Assembly (NCBI GenBank): GCA_017625615.1
Contig: JAGAKP010000014.1
Span: 10,326 to 74,325, forward strand
From: Clostridia bacterium
Lineage (GTDB): Bacteria > Bacillota > Clostridia > Oscillospirales > CAG-382
Direction: 5' to 3'
DNA: 64,000 bases
This document shows, piece by piece, positions 40,915 through 50,558 of this stretch; positions within the stretch are counted from its first letter, which is position 1, and every line of letters starts with the position of its first letter. The notes beneath the pieces are model-generated. The model ran no database searches. It saw nothing but the letters and a program-made list of their open reading frames with translations, and had not been told where the DNA came from. The translations under genes were made by a program, and so were the position numbers.

Positions 40915-41163
40915 ATGGATAAACAAGCGAACAGAAAAGAAAAGACCGTAGACGAATTCGGAAGAATACTTATTCCCAAAAGCATACGCAAGCAGTTTGA
41001 CCTTAAGCCCGGCGACACGCTGTGCTACGAAGTGGATGCTGACAGAATTATTCTGCGCCGTCCCGTGGAAAAATGCATTTTCTGCGATTCAAGCGACAGC
41101 GTGCAGACGGTTATGGGCAGACCTATATGCGCCGCCTGCAAGGAAAAATTAAAAACCGAATAG
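40915..41163 (+). CDS. abrB: AbrB-family transition-state regulator with C-terminal Cys motif
   Basis: VDEFGRILIPKSIR..CIFC..ICAAC. Confidence 0.85.
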   Translation: MDKQANRKEKTVDEFGRILIPKSIRKQFDLKPGDTLCYEVDADRIILRRPVEKCIFCDSSDSVQTVMGRPICAACKEKLKTE

Positions 41164-41169
41164 CCTTTC

Positions 41170-41202
41170 ACAGACCGCTTTTTTAAAGGCGGTCTGTTTT
41201 TA
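41170..41202. terminator. Terminator between abrB and the convergent operon
   Basis: ACAGACCGC/GCGGTCTGT followed by a T-run. Confidence 0.75.
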
Positions 41203-41220
41203 TATGCTTTATTTCAGAAA

Positions 41221-42174
41221 CTATTGTATACGTCCCAGATAATATCCGCCGCGGAGAGAACGGCTTGAGGATACCAGCACGTACCACACGCCCTCGCGGA
41301 AGGGTCTTTCCTCGGGCACTTCCTCACCGATGAGACGGGATTTTGCCGCGGTTACGTTGCCGTCGTTAAAGACTACGCAGCCCGTTACGCCGCCATTTTG
41401 AATTCCCTTTGAAATCCGCTTGTAAGGGAGGCGTGCGCGTTTATCGGAAAGTCCGCCGCGGCTTGAAATGGTAAAAAGAAAGAGACCGTCGCCTTTTTTA
41501 GCACCGCTGTAGGTAAAGGATCTGTCACAGCGGATATCGAACATAGCGGAAAAGATGCCGAGCGCATATCCGATATTTCCGTTGGGCTCGGCGGGAACGC
41601 CCTCGAAGGCTTCCATAAGTCCCGCAATATAGCCCTGCTCGTAATTTTTATCAAGAGGAATACGTACTTCATTTTCCTGCTGTTCCTCTACGGTAATTTC
41701 GTCGATTATCTCACCCTCGGAGGCGATATAATGTCCCTTGCGGACGACGGTGCCGACGTATCTTACTCCAATCGACTCACGGGCAAGACGGTCGAAAAGC
41801 TTGCCGTCTCTTTCGCGGCTTGCAACGTAATATACGCGGTCGTAATCCCCGCCGAGCTTATCTGCTTCAAGAATCATACCGGGAACGAGGGAGACCAAGC
41901 CGTATAATCCCACTGCTTTTCTTACGCGGAGCATAGCCGCCGCCTTTTTTCCTACGGGGTTTGCGGACAGCAAAAAGATGACGTCGCCGGGACGGGAGGC
42001 AAAGCTTTTTCCGTTTTTGCAAATGCCGTATGCGTTTACGATCTCCTCTGCGGAAAAGGGAGATTCATCGTCTCTGCGAAGCTCGAAAAACAGCTTTAAT
42101 TTTTTGAATATCCTTTCGTCCTGCACGGTGGCGGAGGTGTATTTTATCTGGTCACGGTTGGGTGTTGCGATCAT
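41221..42174 (-). CDS. Hypothetical protein, possibly a degenerate PurM/PurL (AIR-synthase C-terminal-like) duplicated fold
   Basis: ATGA overlap with mtaB; two similar units: SRPGDVIFLL..VRYVGTV and AKKGDGLFLF..YYLGRI. Confidence 0.5.
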   Translation of the reverse strand: MIATPNRDQIKYTSATVQDERIFKKLKLFFELRRDDESPFSAEEIVNAYGICKNGKSFASRPGDVIFLLSANPVGKKAAAMLRVRKAVGLYGLVSLVPGMILEADKLGGDYDRVYYVASRERDGKLFDRLARESIGVRYVGTVVRKGHYIASEGEIIDEITVEEQQENEVRIPLDKNYEQGYIAGLMEAFEGVPAEPNGNIGYALGIFSAMFDIRCDRSFTYSGAKKGDGLFLFTISSRGGLSDKRARLPYKRISKGIQNGGVTGCVVFNDGNVTAAKSRLIGEEVPEERPFREGVWYVLVSSSRSLRGGYYLGRIQ

Positions 42175-43418
42175 ACCCGTTCTCCTTTCAGCACTCCCTT
42201 TTGGTGGGATATTATGTTAACAAGAACGTATTCGCCCGCCTTGCTATCCCCTTCAAAGGTACATTCTATAAAATCCTTGGTGTGTCCCACGCAGACGCCG
42301 GACACGCTTTTTTCGGTAAGTATTTCCTGCTTTGTTCCGATACGCATATCGAGAAGTCCTTCCCTCACCCCGTCGGTGGCAGAAATAAGGGCTTCGTTAC
42401 GGCGGTTGCGTATGCTTTTATCCACCTGACCCTTCATTGCCGCCGCCTCCGTTCCGGGACGGGGAGAATAGGGAAAGGAGTGAACGTGCATAAAGCCGTT
42501 GCGTACGCAAAACTCAAGCGTTTCTTTTGCCTCTTCCTCGGTTTCGGTGGGAAAACCCGTGATGATATCGGCAGAAAGCATTGTATCGGGCAGTATCTCC
42601 CGTATAAGGTCTATTCTCTGCTGTAATTGTTCCTTGTTATATTTACGGCGCATAAGGTTAAGTATACGCGTACAACCCGACTGCACCGAAAGATGCAAGT
42701 GGGGACAAAAGACCTTGCTGTCCCTCATCGCCTCAAGAAGGGGACGGTCTATGCAGGTGGGAGTGAGAGACCCAAGGCGCAGACGGCGTATTCCGTCCAC
42801 CTCGGAAACCGCTCTCACAAGCTCGCTTAAGGGTGCGCCGTCGTATGCGGATACCTCTATTCCCGTAAGGACTATTTCGCTGTAGCCCGCCGAAACGAGG
42901 GTTTTACATTCGTTGATTATGTCAACTAACCCGCGGGACCGCACGGGTCCTCTTACGGTGGGAATTATGCAGTATGAGCAACGGTTGGGGCATCCGTCCT
43001 GAATTTTGACGTATGCGCGGCAGGAGGAAAAAAGATCGGTTTTTCCCTGCAGGCTCAAGGCTTCGTAGCCGCAGCCCTCAAAGGAAAAGACTGCCTCTTC
43101 AAGTCCCGTAACCACCGCTTGCTTGTTTATATTTCCGCCTACACGGATAACGTTTGGAATTGCCGAAACCTTTTCCGGCTCAAGCTGAGAATAACAGCCT
43201 ACCACAGCCACCTTTCCCTTGCGGGCGGCGCGGCGGATTATCTGTCCCGATTTGCGTGCGCTTTCTCCCGTTACGGCGCAGGTATTTATAACGTACAGAT
43301 CGCATTCATCCTCGAAATCGCATACCTGCCAGCCCTGACGCATAAATTCTTCGGCAAAGGCGTTTGTTTCGTATTGGTTAACTCTGCAGCCGAGAGTGTA
43401 AAAAGCAACTTTCTTCAT
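42171..43418 (-). CDS. mtaB: tRNA t6A37 methylthiotransferase MtaB
   Basis: TLGCRVNQYE, INTCAVT, radical SAM CPNRCSYC, DIITGFP, HSFPYSPRPGT, TRAM domain. Confidence 0.93.
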   Translation of the reverse strand: MKKVAFYTLGCRVNQYETNAFAEEFMRQGWQVCDFEDECDLYVINTCAVTGESARKSGQIIRRAARKGKVAVVGCYSQLEPEKVSAIPNVIRVGGNINKQAVVTGLEEAVFSFEGCGYEALSLQGKTDLFSSCRAYVKIQDGCPNRCSYCIIPTVRGPVRSRGLVDIINECKTLVSAGYSEIVLTGIEVSAYDGAPLSELVRAVSEVDGIRRLRLGSLTPTCIDRPLLEAMRDSKVFCPHLHLSVQSGCTRILNLMRRKYNKEQLQQRIDLIREILPDTMLSADIITGFPTETEEEAKETLEFCVRNGFMHVHSFPYSPRPGTEAAAMKGQVDKSIRNRRNEALISATDGVREGLLDMRIGTKQEILTEKSVSGVCVGHTKDFIECTFEGDSKAGEYVLVNIISHQKGVLKGERV

Positions 43419-43993
43419 ATATCCTTAACTGCCTCAAGGTACTGTTGGTAAGTACAAATAATGTTTATTGCCTCAAGAAAGGCTTTGGGTGTCATTCCCG
43501 CGGGAAGTGAAAGTCTTTTTGCCACCTCATCCCGCTTTGCGGCGCTGTTTTCGCCGCCCAAAAGTCCGTCGGTGTACAGACGGGCTTTGGTTATGCCCGC
43601 TTTGGGGACGAATTCACCCGAAAAGGGAGAAAGAACCTGCCGTAAAACTTCGTTTTCCATTCCCTCCACGCCGAGAAAGCCTTCCTTGGAGGGCGTTTTT
43701 TTACGTTTTTCCTTGCCTTTTATGCGGGGAACGTACAGATTTATTATTTTTTCCGCAGGGAGATATCCTTTTAGCCTTGCGCGGATAAACCCGCCGGCAG
43801 AATCGCTGTCGGTAAGTATTATAATATTCCCCTCCCCGCACAGACGGCGGAGAAGAGTAATTTTTTCTTGGTTGTTAAAGACGGAAAATCCGTCAAGAGT
43901 GATAACGGTGCCCTCGGCAACCGAGCAGATCCTCTGCTTATCGTACCTGCCTTCTACTACGACGGGGCAGGAAAGCTTAATTTTTTCCTGCAT
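43415..43993 (-). CDS. rnmV: Ribonuclease M5-like TOPRIM/DUF4093 protein
   Basis: VVVEGRYD, ILTDSDSAG..IR, LGVEG. Confidence 0.8.
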   Translation of the reverse strand: MQEKIKLSCPVVVEGRYDKQRICSVAEGTVITLDGFSVFNNQEKITLLRRLCGEGNIIILTDSDSAGGFIRARLKGYLPAEKIINLYVPRIKGKEKRKKTPSKEGFLGVEGMENEVLRQVLSPFSGEFVPKAGITKARLYTDGLLGGENSAAKRDEVAKRLSLPAGMTPKAFLEAINIICTYQQYLEAVKDI

Positions 43994-45014
43994 TTACCGC
44001 TCCTATTCTGTATACCGCAGTTTCAAGGACCGTATACGGGTCGCCGCGAAAGCTTTTAAGGTGCTTATCCGCCGCCGCGCACACGCTTACTGCGTTGGCA
44101 AGAAACCTGCTTCCACGCTTTGAAGCAACGGAAGCGTACCGTTTTATTACGAAATCATAGCTTTTAAGGTCGGACGCGATGGCAGAATAGCTTTTTCCGC
44201 AGTTAAGCCCCTCAAGGGTAAGGAGCATATCCGAAAAGGTTTTGGATAACGCACCCAGTATCATTATAGGGTCTGCGGAGGCAAAGCGGAGAGAGGCGAA
44301 TATTTTTCCTGCGCGAACCATATCGCCGTCGATGACCGCGCGGGAAAGGTCGTACACCTTGTAGCTTTCGTTGGCACAGCATACCTTCTCCACGTCCTGA
44401 ACGGTGGCTTGGCGGGTGCCGCAGTACGCGCACAGCTTTTTTATTTCTCCCGCAAGAAGATACATATCGTTTCCGCAGATGGTGACCATATTTTCAAGCA
44501 CCGCTCTGTCAACGGGAGTGCCGCCTGCGGCGAAATGTCTGTTCATCCACGTAAGCAGCTTATTGCCCGATTCCGCCTCGAATTTTACTATATTGCCGTA
44601 ATCACGCATAGCGGTGACGAAGGGAGACGCGTCCTTTTTTTCAATAGTCTTTTCCTCGTCCTCGCCCGAGCGGACGGTGAAAAGCAGTATGAAATATTCG
44701 GGAAGCTCGGAAATAATATCCGAAAGGGCGTTGGAAACAGCAGCCGTCATTGAGGAAACGGATACCGCCTGAATTTCCACCATTTTATAATCCGCCATAA
44801 GGGGAAGCATATAGGCTTCCTCTGCCAAACGCTCTGTGTCAAGCTTGTCTGCCTCGTAGACCGAATAATTGAATTCGGGCACGGGACCGTTAAGCACTAC
44901 CTTGCGGAGCTGAGAAACGTAATGGTCCTTCATATAGGCTTCGTCGCCGTAAAAAAGGTATGCGCCCGCTACCGAGCCGCTTTTTATTTTGGCTTTAAGT
45001 CCGTCTATATCCAT
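43977..45014 (-). CDS. holA: DNA polymerase III delta subunit
   Basis: YLFYGDEAY, LPLMADY, EIKKL; downstream of comEC as is usual. Confidence 0.9.
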   Translation of the reverse strand: MDIDGLKAKIKSGSVAGAYLFYGDEAYMKDHYVSQLRKVVLNGPVPEFNYSVYEADKLDTERLAEEAYMLPLMADYKMVEIQAVSVSSMTAAVSNALSDIISELPEYFILLFTVRSGEDEEKTIEKKDASPFVTAMRDYGNIVKFEAESGNKLLTWMNRHFAAGGTPVDRAVLENMVTICGNDMYLLAGEIKKLCAYCGTRQATVQDVEKVCCANESYKVYDLSRAVIDGDMVRAGKIFASLRFASADPIMILGALSKTFSDMLLTLEGLNCGKSYSAIASDLKSYDFVIKRYASVASKRGSRFLANAVSVCAAADKHLKSFRGDPYTVLETAVYRIGAVNAGKN

Positions 45015-45019
45015 TTTGT

Positions 45020-46942
45020 TTACTCCTTTCCGTCAAGATAAATTATGCCGTAGGTCGCTTTGAATTCAAAAACGTCCTCGCCGTATTCTATATAGTTATT
45101 TTCCCCTGCGGTGACGTATCCCTTTCCCGCGGGGATAGTAATATTCTTTTCAAAAACCTCTACCGAAATTCCCCAACGGGAGGCGAGTTCACGCACGCGG
45201 CGGTAGATATCCGCATCCCTGTTTATATCCGAAATATAAATTTCATCTATTCCCACTGCCGAAAACGCTCTGCACAGATTGGAAAGCCCGCGGGAATTAC
45301 ATTCAAGCATAACGTAAGAGTTTATTTTGGTACAGCCAAGCTCGAAGACCTTGTCGGCATTTACGTAAGCACCGCCGTGGTCAACGAAAACGCACCTGCC
45401 CTCTGAGGAAAAAGCGGTCTGATTGCAGGCGTAATAGGAAACGCAGTCCACCCTTGCCCCTTTCGTGCCGGAATATGCGTTTATTCCCGCAGAGACGGCA
45501 ACGCACAGCGCAAAGGCAAGCAGACAACAGCCAAAGGCTTTAAGACGCTTTTTTATCTCTACAGAGCAGATCATCACCACCGAAGCCGCCGCGATCACAG
45601 ACGCGATACCCATTCCCCGCATAAAGGTGGAGACGGTGGCTATATCAAGCCCCGCGAAAAACCGCGCTATACCGTTTACCGCCTTAAAGAGAAGGTCTGC
45701 AACGAAGGCAACGGGAGGTATGAATATTCCTATATATCCGACGATGGTCGCCGCGCCCGAAAGAGGAATGGCAAGCATATTTACCACGGGTGATATTACC
45801 GAAAACTGACCGAAGGAGTGCCACACCACGGGGAAGGAAAAGAGTGACGCCACCGCGGAAAGTGCCACGGAGGAAAGCTGATCCGCCGCGATGCGGAGAG
45901 GCTTTCTTTTTATTTTCGCCACCGCCCTTTCAAGGACGGGAGACACCGTGATTATTCCGAGAGAGCACAGAAACGAAAGCTGAAGTCCCACGGAAAAGAG
46001 CGAATAAGGGTTGATGACCAAAAGTATTCCCAAAGCTGTAAAAAGAGAGGTAAAGCTATCGTTTTTATAATTGAGCATACCGCCCGCAAACACGGCGATA
46101 CACATTACCGCCGCGCGGGATACGGAGGGCGTAAAGCCCACGAAAAGCCCGAACAGCAAGGTAAATATTATTCCGATCACCCCTGCGTAACGCTTGCCCG
46201 CAACGGTGGAAGAAAGCACGGTATACGCCGACATAAGTATGATGGACATATGAAAGCCCGATATGACGAGAATATGTGATATACCCGAATCCCGATACGC
46301 CGAATACAGCGCGGGATCTATACCGTTTCCGTCACCTACCAGCACCGCCTTTGCAATACCTGCGGCGGAGGAGGAAAAGCTTTTATCGATTTGGGAGGCA
46401 AGGTATTTTCTTAAGGAGATAAGGGCGTTATCTCCCTTGCCCGCGTCAACACGCACCACGTCGCCGCTTGCGTAAAGGTGGGTGCCGTAGGAATAACCGC
46501 CAACCCCGGGGTCGGAAAGAGAAACGCTGCAGTAAACTCTGTCACCCGCCTGAACGTCGTAGCCGAAATCGTAGTAAATATGCACCTTGGTTCCGCGAGG
46601 CAGGCTTTTTTCGGTTGAAGAAAGCACCGAAAAGGTAAAGCCGTAGGAATCCCTCTCGGTAACGTCGCCGATAACCTCGGCTTCCTTGCCGTAGCAATCC
46701 GAAAGGCGGGTTTCTATGACCTTCTGATGAGCCGTAAGACAGCCCATTCCCATCAAAGCCGAAAGAAGCACGGGCAAGAGAATGGTGCGGTATGGAAAAC
46801 GGCGTACCGCGACACACAGTACGCAAAGTACGCCGATACAAGACCAAGCCGTTATACTTGCGATACCGCTTGTAAAAACCGCGCAAAGAACCCCTGCGGC
46901 AAAGGCAGTAACCCACAACGCAAAAGGTCTAAAGCGGAACAT
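45020..46942 (-). CDS. comEC: ComEC/Rec2 competence DNA channel
   Basis: GISHILVISGFH, TPSVSRA, NPYSLFSVGLQLSF; multiple TMs. Confidence 0.9.
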   Translation of the reverse strand: MFRFRPFALWVTAFAAGVLCAVFTSGIASITAWSCIGVLCVLCVAVRRFPYRTILLPVLLSALMGMGCLTAHQKVIETRLSDCYGKEAEVIGDVTERDSYGFTFSVLSSTEKSLPRGTKVHIYYDFGYDVQAGDRVYCSVSLSDPGVGGYSYGTHLYASGDVVRVDAGKGDNALISLRKYLASQIDKSFSSSAAGIAKAVLVGDGNGIDPALYSAYRDSGISHILVISGFHMSIILMSAYTVLSSTVAGKRYAGVIGIIFTLLFGLFVGFTPSVSRAAVMCIAVFAGGMLNYKNDSFTSLFTALGILLVINPYSLFSVGLQLSFLCSLGIITVSPVLERAVAKIKRKPLRIAADQLSSVALSAVASLFSFPVVWHSFGQFSVISPVVNMLAIPLSGAATIVGYIGIFIPPVAFVADLLFKAVNGIARFFAGLDIATVSTFMRGMGIASVIAAASVVMICSVEIKKRLKAFGCCLLAFALCVAVSAGINAYSGTKGARVDCVSYYACNQTAFSSEGRCVFVDHGGAYVNADKVFELGCTKINSYVMLECNSRGLSNLCRAFSAVGIDEIYISDINRDADIYRRVRELASRWGISVEVFEKNITIPAGKGYVTAGENNYIEYGEDVFEFKATYGIIYLDGKE

Positions 46943-46963
46943 AAGGCATCGCTCCTGAAAAAA

Positions 46964-47530
46964 CTATTTTTCGGGGAATAAAAGAGGAATATGCTCGAGA
47001 TAGATTATATCCTCGCGGTATTCGGCATCACCCTCGGCAAGAATAGCCATCTTGCCCGCAACGATACCGCCTGCCTGCTTAACAAGCTTTTCTACGGCGA
47101 AAAGGCTTTCACCGGTGCTGATAACGTCGTCTACGATAACGACGCGCTTGCCCTTCATACTGTTGATATCGTCTCTGTCGATATAAAGGGTCTGCTTCTT
47201 GGCAGTGGTGATAGACTGCACCTCAACGGCGTGAGGGTCCTTCATATATAATTTGGGAGCCTTGCGTGCGATGAGATATTTGTTTTCGCCAAGCTGACGT
47301 GCCATTTCGTATACGAGGGGAATACCCTTGGATTCCGCTGTGATAAGTATATCGTGAGGGGGAAGCTTTTTTATAAGCTCGGCAGCGCAAGCCGTGGTAA
47401 GCTCAACGTCGCCGAAGATAACGAAAGCGGCTATGTAAAGATTTTCGTTTACCTTGCAAACGGGAAGCTCTCTGTGAAGTCCCGCAACGTCAAGAGGATA
47501 GGTGAGGAAGGTTTCGGGATTGATATTCAT
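46964..47530 (-). CDS. Purine phosphoribosyltransferase (apt-like)
   Basis: PRPP motif VVIVDDVISTGES; TAESKGIPL. Confidence 0.88.
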   Translation of the reverse strand: MNINPETFLTYPLDVAGLHRELPVCKVNENLYIAAFVIFGDVELTTACAAELIKKLPPHDILITAESKGIPLVYEMARQLGENKYLIARKAPKLYMKDPHAVEVQSITTAKKQTLYIDRDDINSMKGKRVVIVDDVISTGESLFAVEKLVKQAGGIVAGKMAILAEGDAEYREDIIYLEHIPLLFPEK

Positions 47531-47546
47531 AAGTAACGTTCCTTTT

Positions 47547-47885
47547 TTAATTTAATTTTTCCGTTAATTTGGTTCCACCGAGAACGTGGAAATGGAGATG
47601 CTTTACGGTCTGACCGCCGTCCTCGCCGATATTGGTGATAACGCGGTATCCGTTCTCCAAGCCCGCCGCCTTTGCAACGACGGGAATAGCGGAAATAACC
47701 TTTGAAACAAGGTCGATATTCTCGCCGTTTACGCAATCGAGGGACTCGATATGTGCTTTTGGAATAACGAGCACGTGTACGGGCGCCGCAGGATTAAGAT
47801 CCTTGAACGCCAGCACGCTTTCATCCTCGTATACCTTGGCGGAGGGTATCTCCCCCGCCGCTATTTTACAAAAGATACAGTTCAT
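47547..47885 (-). CDS. hit: Histidine triad (HIT) nucleotide-binding protein
   Basis: CIFCKI, GQTVKHLHFHVLGG. Confidence 0.95.
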   Translation of the reverse strand: MNCIFCKIAAGEIPSAKVYEDESVLAFKDLNPAAPVHVLVIPKAHIESLDCVNGENIDLVSKVISAIPVVAKAAGLENGYRVITNIGEDGGQTVKHLHFHVLGGTKLTEKLN

Positions 47886-47896
47886 ATATCTGCTCC

Positions 47897-50533
47897 TTAT
47901 TTAAGCATACCGCCGAGAAGCTCGGGAAGTGCGTCCATAGCCTCGCCGACCTTTTCCACAAACTTACCGCCGCTGGTAGCGCTGTCGGGTCTGCCGCCAC
48001 CGCCGCCGCCCACGATAGAAGAAAGGCTCTTGAGAAGCATGCCTGCGTGTGCGCCTGCGCCCACTGCGCTCTTGCCTGCGCCGGATGCGAAGGTGAGCTT
48101 GCCGTCGTTAACTGCGGAGAATACGCATACTGCGGCGGGATCCTTGCTTACGATACCGTCGATAGCTGTACGGAGCGCGTCAACGGGAGTGTTTTCAAAG
48201 CAGCATCTTACCAATTTCACCGTGCCGACCTGAACAGCTTCATCGCAAGCGGCGCAAGCTTTGTTGGCACAAAGGCTTACGTTAGCCTTTTCAAGCTCCT
48301 TGGAAAGGTTCTTTATTTCTGCCTGAACGGCTTCCGCTCTGGTAACTATATCGTTTACGCTGTTTGCCTTGATGGTAGCGCGTACCTTTTCGATAGTGTT
48401 ATCTCTGTCGCGGAAGGCGTTGAGAGCGTTAAGACCGGTGATAGCCTCGATACGGCGGACGCCTGCGGCAACGCCGGATTCGGATACGATACGGAACAGA
48501 CCTGCCTTTGCGGTGTTGCAAAGGTGAGTACCTCCGCAAAGCTCTGCGGAGAAATCACCCATCTTGACGACGCGTACGGTTTCGCCGTACTTTTCGCCGA
48601 ACAGTGCCATTGCGCCGTCTGCCTTTGCCTCGGCAATGGTCTTTACCTCGGTGACGATATCGTCGCCCTTGAGGATCTCGATATTTACAAGCTCTTCGAC
48701 CTGTGCGATCTCCTCGCTCGTCATAGCGGCGAAATGAGTAAAGTCGAAGCGTGCTCTGTGCTCGTCAACGTAAGAGCCTGCCTGCTCAACGTGAGTGCCA
48801 AGCACCTTGCGGAGAGCCGCCTGAAGAAGGTGAACGGAGGAGTGGTTTCTTGCGATGGCGTTTCTGCGCTCCTCGTCAACGCTTGCAACGCACTTGCCCA
48901 GACCGACGCTTCCTTCTGCAACGTAGCCGGTGTGGAGATACTGTCCCTCGTGGGTCTTTTTGGTGTCCTCAACCACGAAAACGCCCGTTTCGGTGGTGAT
49001 AACGCCGGTATCGCCAACCTGTCCGCCGCTTTCTGCGTAGAAGGGAGTGATATCAAGCACAAGCACTGCCTTGCCTGCGGAAAGGAAGTTTACAGCCTCG
49101 CCGTCCGCAAGAATATATTTGATCTCGCTTCCCGCGGAGGTGAAATCGTAGCCTACGAATTCGGTGGGAACGGTGCGGTCGATAGCGGTCATAACGTCAT
49201 CGTTCCAGCTGTTGTCGCCGAGAGCGGCACGTGCTTCGCGTGCACGGCGCTTCTGCTCGGTCATAAGAGCCTTGAATGCGTCCTCGTCTATGCCCACGCC
49301 CTTTTCCTCTGCGATCTCACGGGTGAGGTCAACGGGGAATCCGAAGGTATCGTAAAGCTTGAACAGATCCTCGCCGGAAAGCACCTTTGCGCCCGCGGAG
49401 AGGGTTTCCGCAACCATTTTTTCGAGGATGTTAAGGCCCGCGTCAAGAGTCTGACGGAAGCGCTCCTCCTCGATCTCGATAGTCTTTTTAATGTATCCGC
49501 GCTTTTCCTCAAGCTCGGGATAAGCCTTTCCGCTTGCCTTGATAACGGTTTCGCAAAGGTCGGTAAGGAACGCGCCCTGAATACCGAGAAGCTTGCCGTG
49601 GCGTGCGGCTCTGCGGAGCACGCGGCGGAGAATATATCCTCTGCCCTCGTTGGAGGGGATAACGCCGTCGCTTATAAGGAAGGTGGCGGTACGGATATGG
49701 TCGGTAATAACGCGGATGGAAACGTCGTCGTCAGCGGTGGAGCCGGTGTATTCCTTGCCGGAAATACGGCCGATCTCGGTGATAATGCTGCGGATGGTAT
49801 CTACCTCGAAAAGGTTGCCCACGCCCTGCATTACGCAAGCGAGACGCTCAAGTCCCATACCGGTATCTATGTTGGGGTGTGCAAGACGGGTGTAGTTGCC
49901 CTGTCCGTCACCGTCAAACTGAGTGAAAACTATGTTCCAGATCTCGATAAATCTGTCGCAATCGCAGCCGGGGCCGCAGGTCTCCTTGCCGCAGCCGTGC
50001 TCTATTCCGCGGTCAAAGTATATCTCGGAGCAGGGTCCGCAGGGGCCCGCACCGATCTCCCAGAAGTTATCGTCCTTGCCGAGCTTTACTATTCTTTCTC
50101 TGGGTACGCCGATCTTAACCCACGTTTCAAGAGCTTCGTCATCTTCGAGGTATACGCTGGGGTAAAGTCTGTCTTCGGGAATGCCGAGATCCTTGGTAAG
50201 AAATTCCCAAGCCCAGGGAATTGCCTCGGACTTGAAATAATCGCCAAAGGAGAAGTTGCCCAGCATTTCAAAGAAGGTGCCGTGGCGTGCGGTCTTGCCT
50301 ACGTTATCTATATCCAGAGTACGAACGCACTTCTGGCAGGTGGTAACGCGCTTGCGGGGAGGCACACGCTCGCCCGTGAAATAAGGCTTGAGAGGTGCCA
50401 TACCTGCGTTGATAAGAAGCAGGGAGCTGTCGCCCTGAGGCACGAGGGGGAAGGAATCCAGGCGGAGATGTCCCTTGGATTCAAAGAATTTAAGATATCT
50501 CTCGCGGAGAGTGTTAAGTGATAACGGTTCCAT
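47897..50533 (-). CDS. alaS: Alanine--tRNA ligase
   Basis: NAGMAPLKPYF, FFEMLGNFSFGDYFK, DTGMGLER, ELCGGTH, GGGGG. Confidence 0.99.
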   Translation of the reverse strand: MEPLSLNTLRERYLKFFESKGHLRLDSFPLVPQGDSSLLLINAGMAPLKPYFTGERVPPRKRVTTCQKCVRTLDIDNVGKTARHGTFFEMLGNFSFGDYFKSEAIPWAWEFLTKDLGIPEDRLYPSVYLEDDEALETWVKIGVPRERIVKLGKDDNFWEIGAGPCGPCSEIYFDRGIEHGCGKETCGPGCDCDRFIEIWNIVFTQFDGDGQGNYTRLAHPNIDTGMGLERLACVMQGVGNLFEVDTIRSIITEIGRISGKEYTGSTADDDVSIRVITDHIRTATFLISDGVIPSNEGRGYILRRVLRRAARHGKLLGIQGAFLTDLCETVIKASGKAYPELEEKRGYIKKTIEIEEERFRQTLDAGLNILEKMVAETLSAGAKVLSGEDLFKLYDTFGFPVDLTREIAEEKGVGIDEDAFKALMTEQKRRAREARAALGDNSWNDDVMTAIDRTVPTEFVGYDFTSAGSEIKYILADGEAVNFLSAGKAVLVLDITPFYAESGGQVGDTGVITTETGVFVVEDTKKTHEGQYLHTGYVAEGSVGLGKCVASVDEERRNAIARNHSSVHLLQAALRKVLGTHVEQAGSYVDEHRARFDFTHFAAMTSEEIAQVEELVNIEILKGDDIVTEVKTIAEAKADGAMALFGEKYGETVRVVKMGDFSAELCGGTHLCNTAKAGLFRIVSESGVAAGVRRIEAITGLNALNAFRDRDNTIEKVRATIKANSVNDIVTRAEAVQAEIKNLSKELEKANVSLCANKACAACDEAVQVGTVKLVRCCFENTPVDALRTAIDGIVSKDPAAVCVFSAVNDGKLTFASGAGKSAVGAGAHAGMLLKSLSSIVGGGGGGRPDSATSGGKFVEKVGEAMDALPELLGGMLK

Positions 50534-50558
50534 TATTTTTTAAATCCTTTCGGTTTCT

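Noticed and set aside
40915-42174. AbrB/MazE-fold gene considered as a toxin-antitoxin antitoxin
   Set aside because: It has the clostridial AbrB C-terminal CxxC..CxxC, its own terminator and no co-oriented toxin gene.
48047-50521. 824-aa ORF antisense to alaS
   Set aside because: Reverse-frame artefact; alaS is unambiguous.
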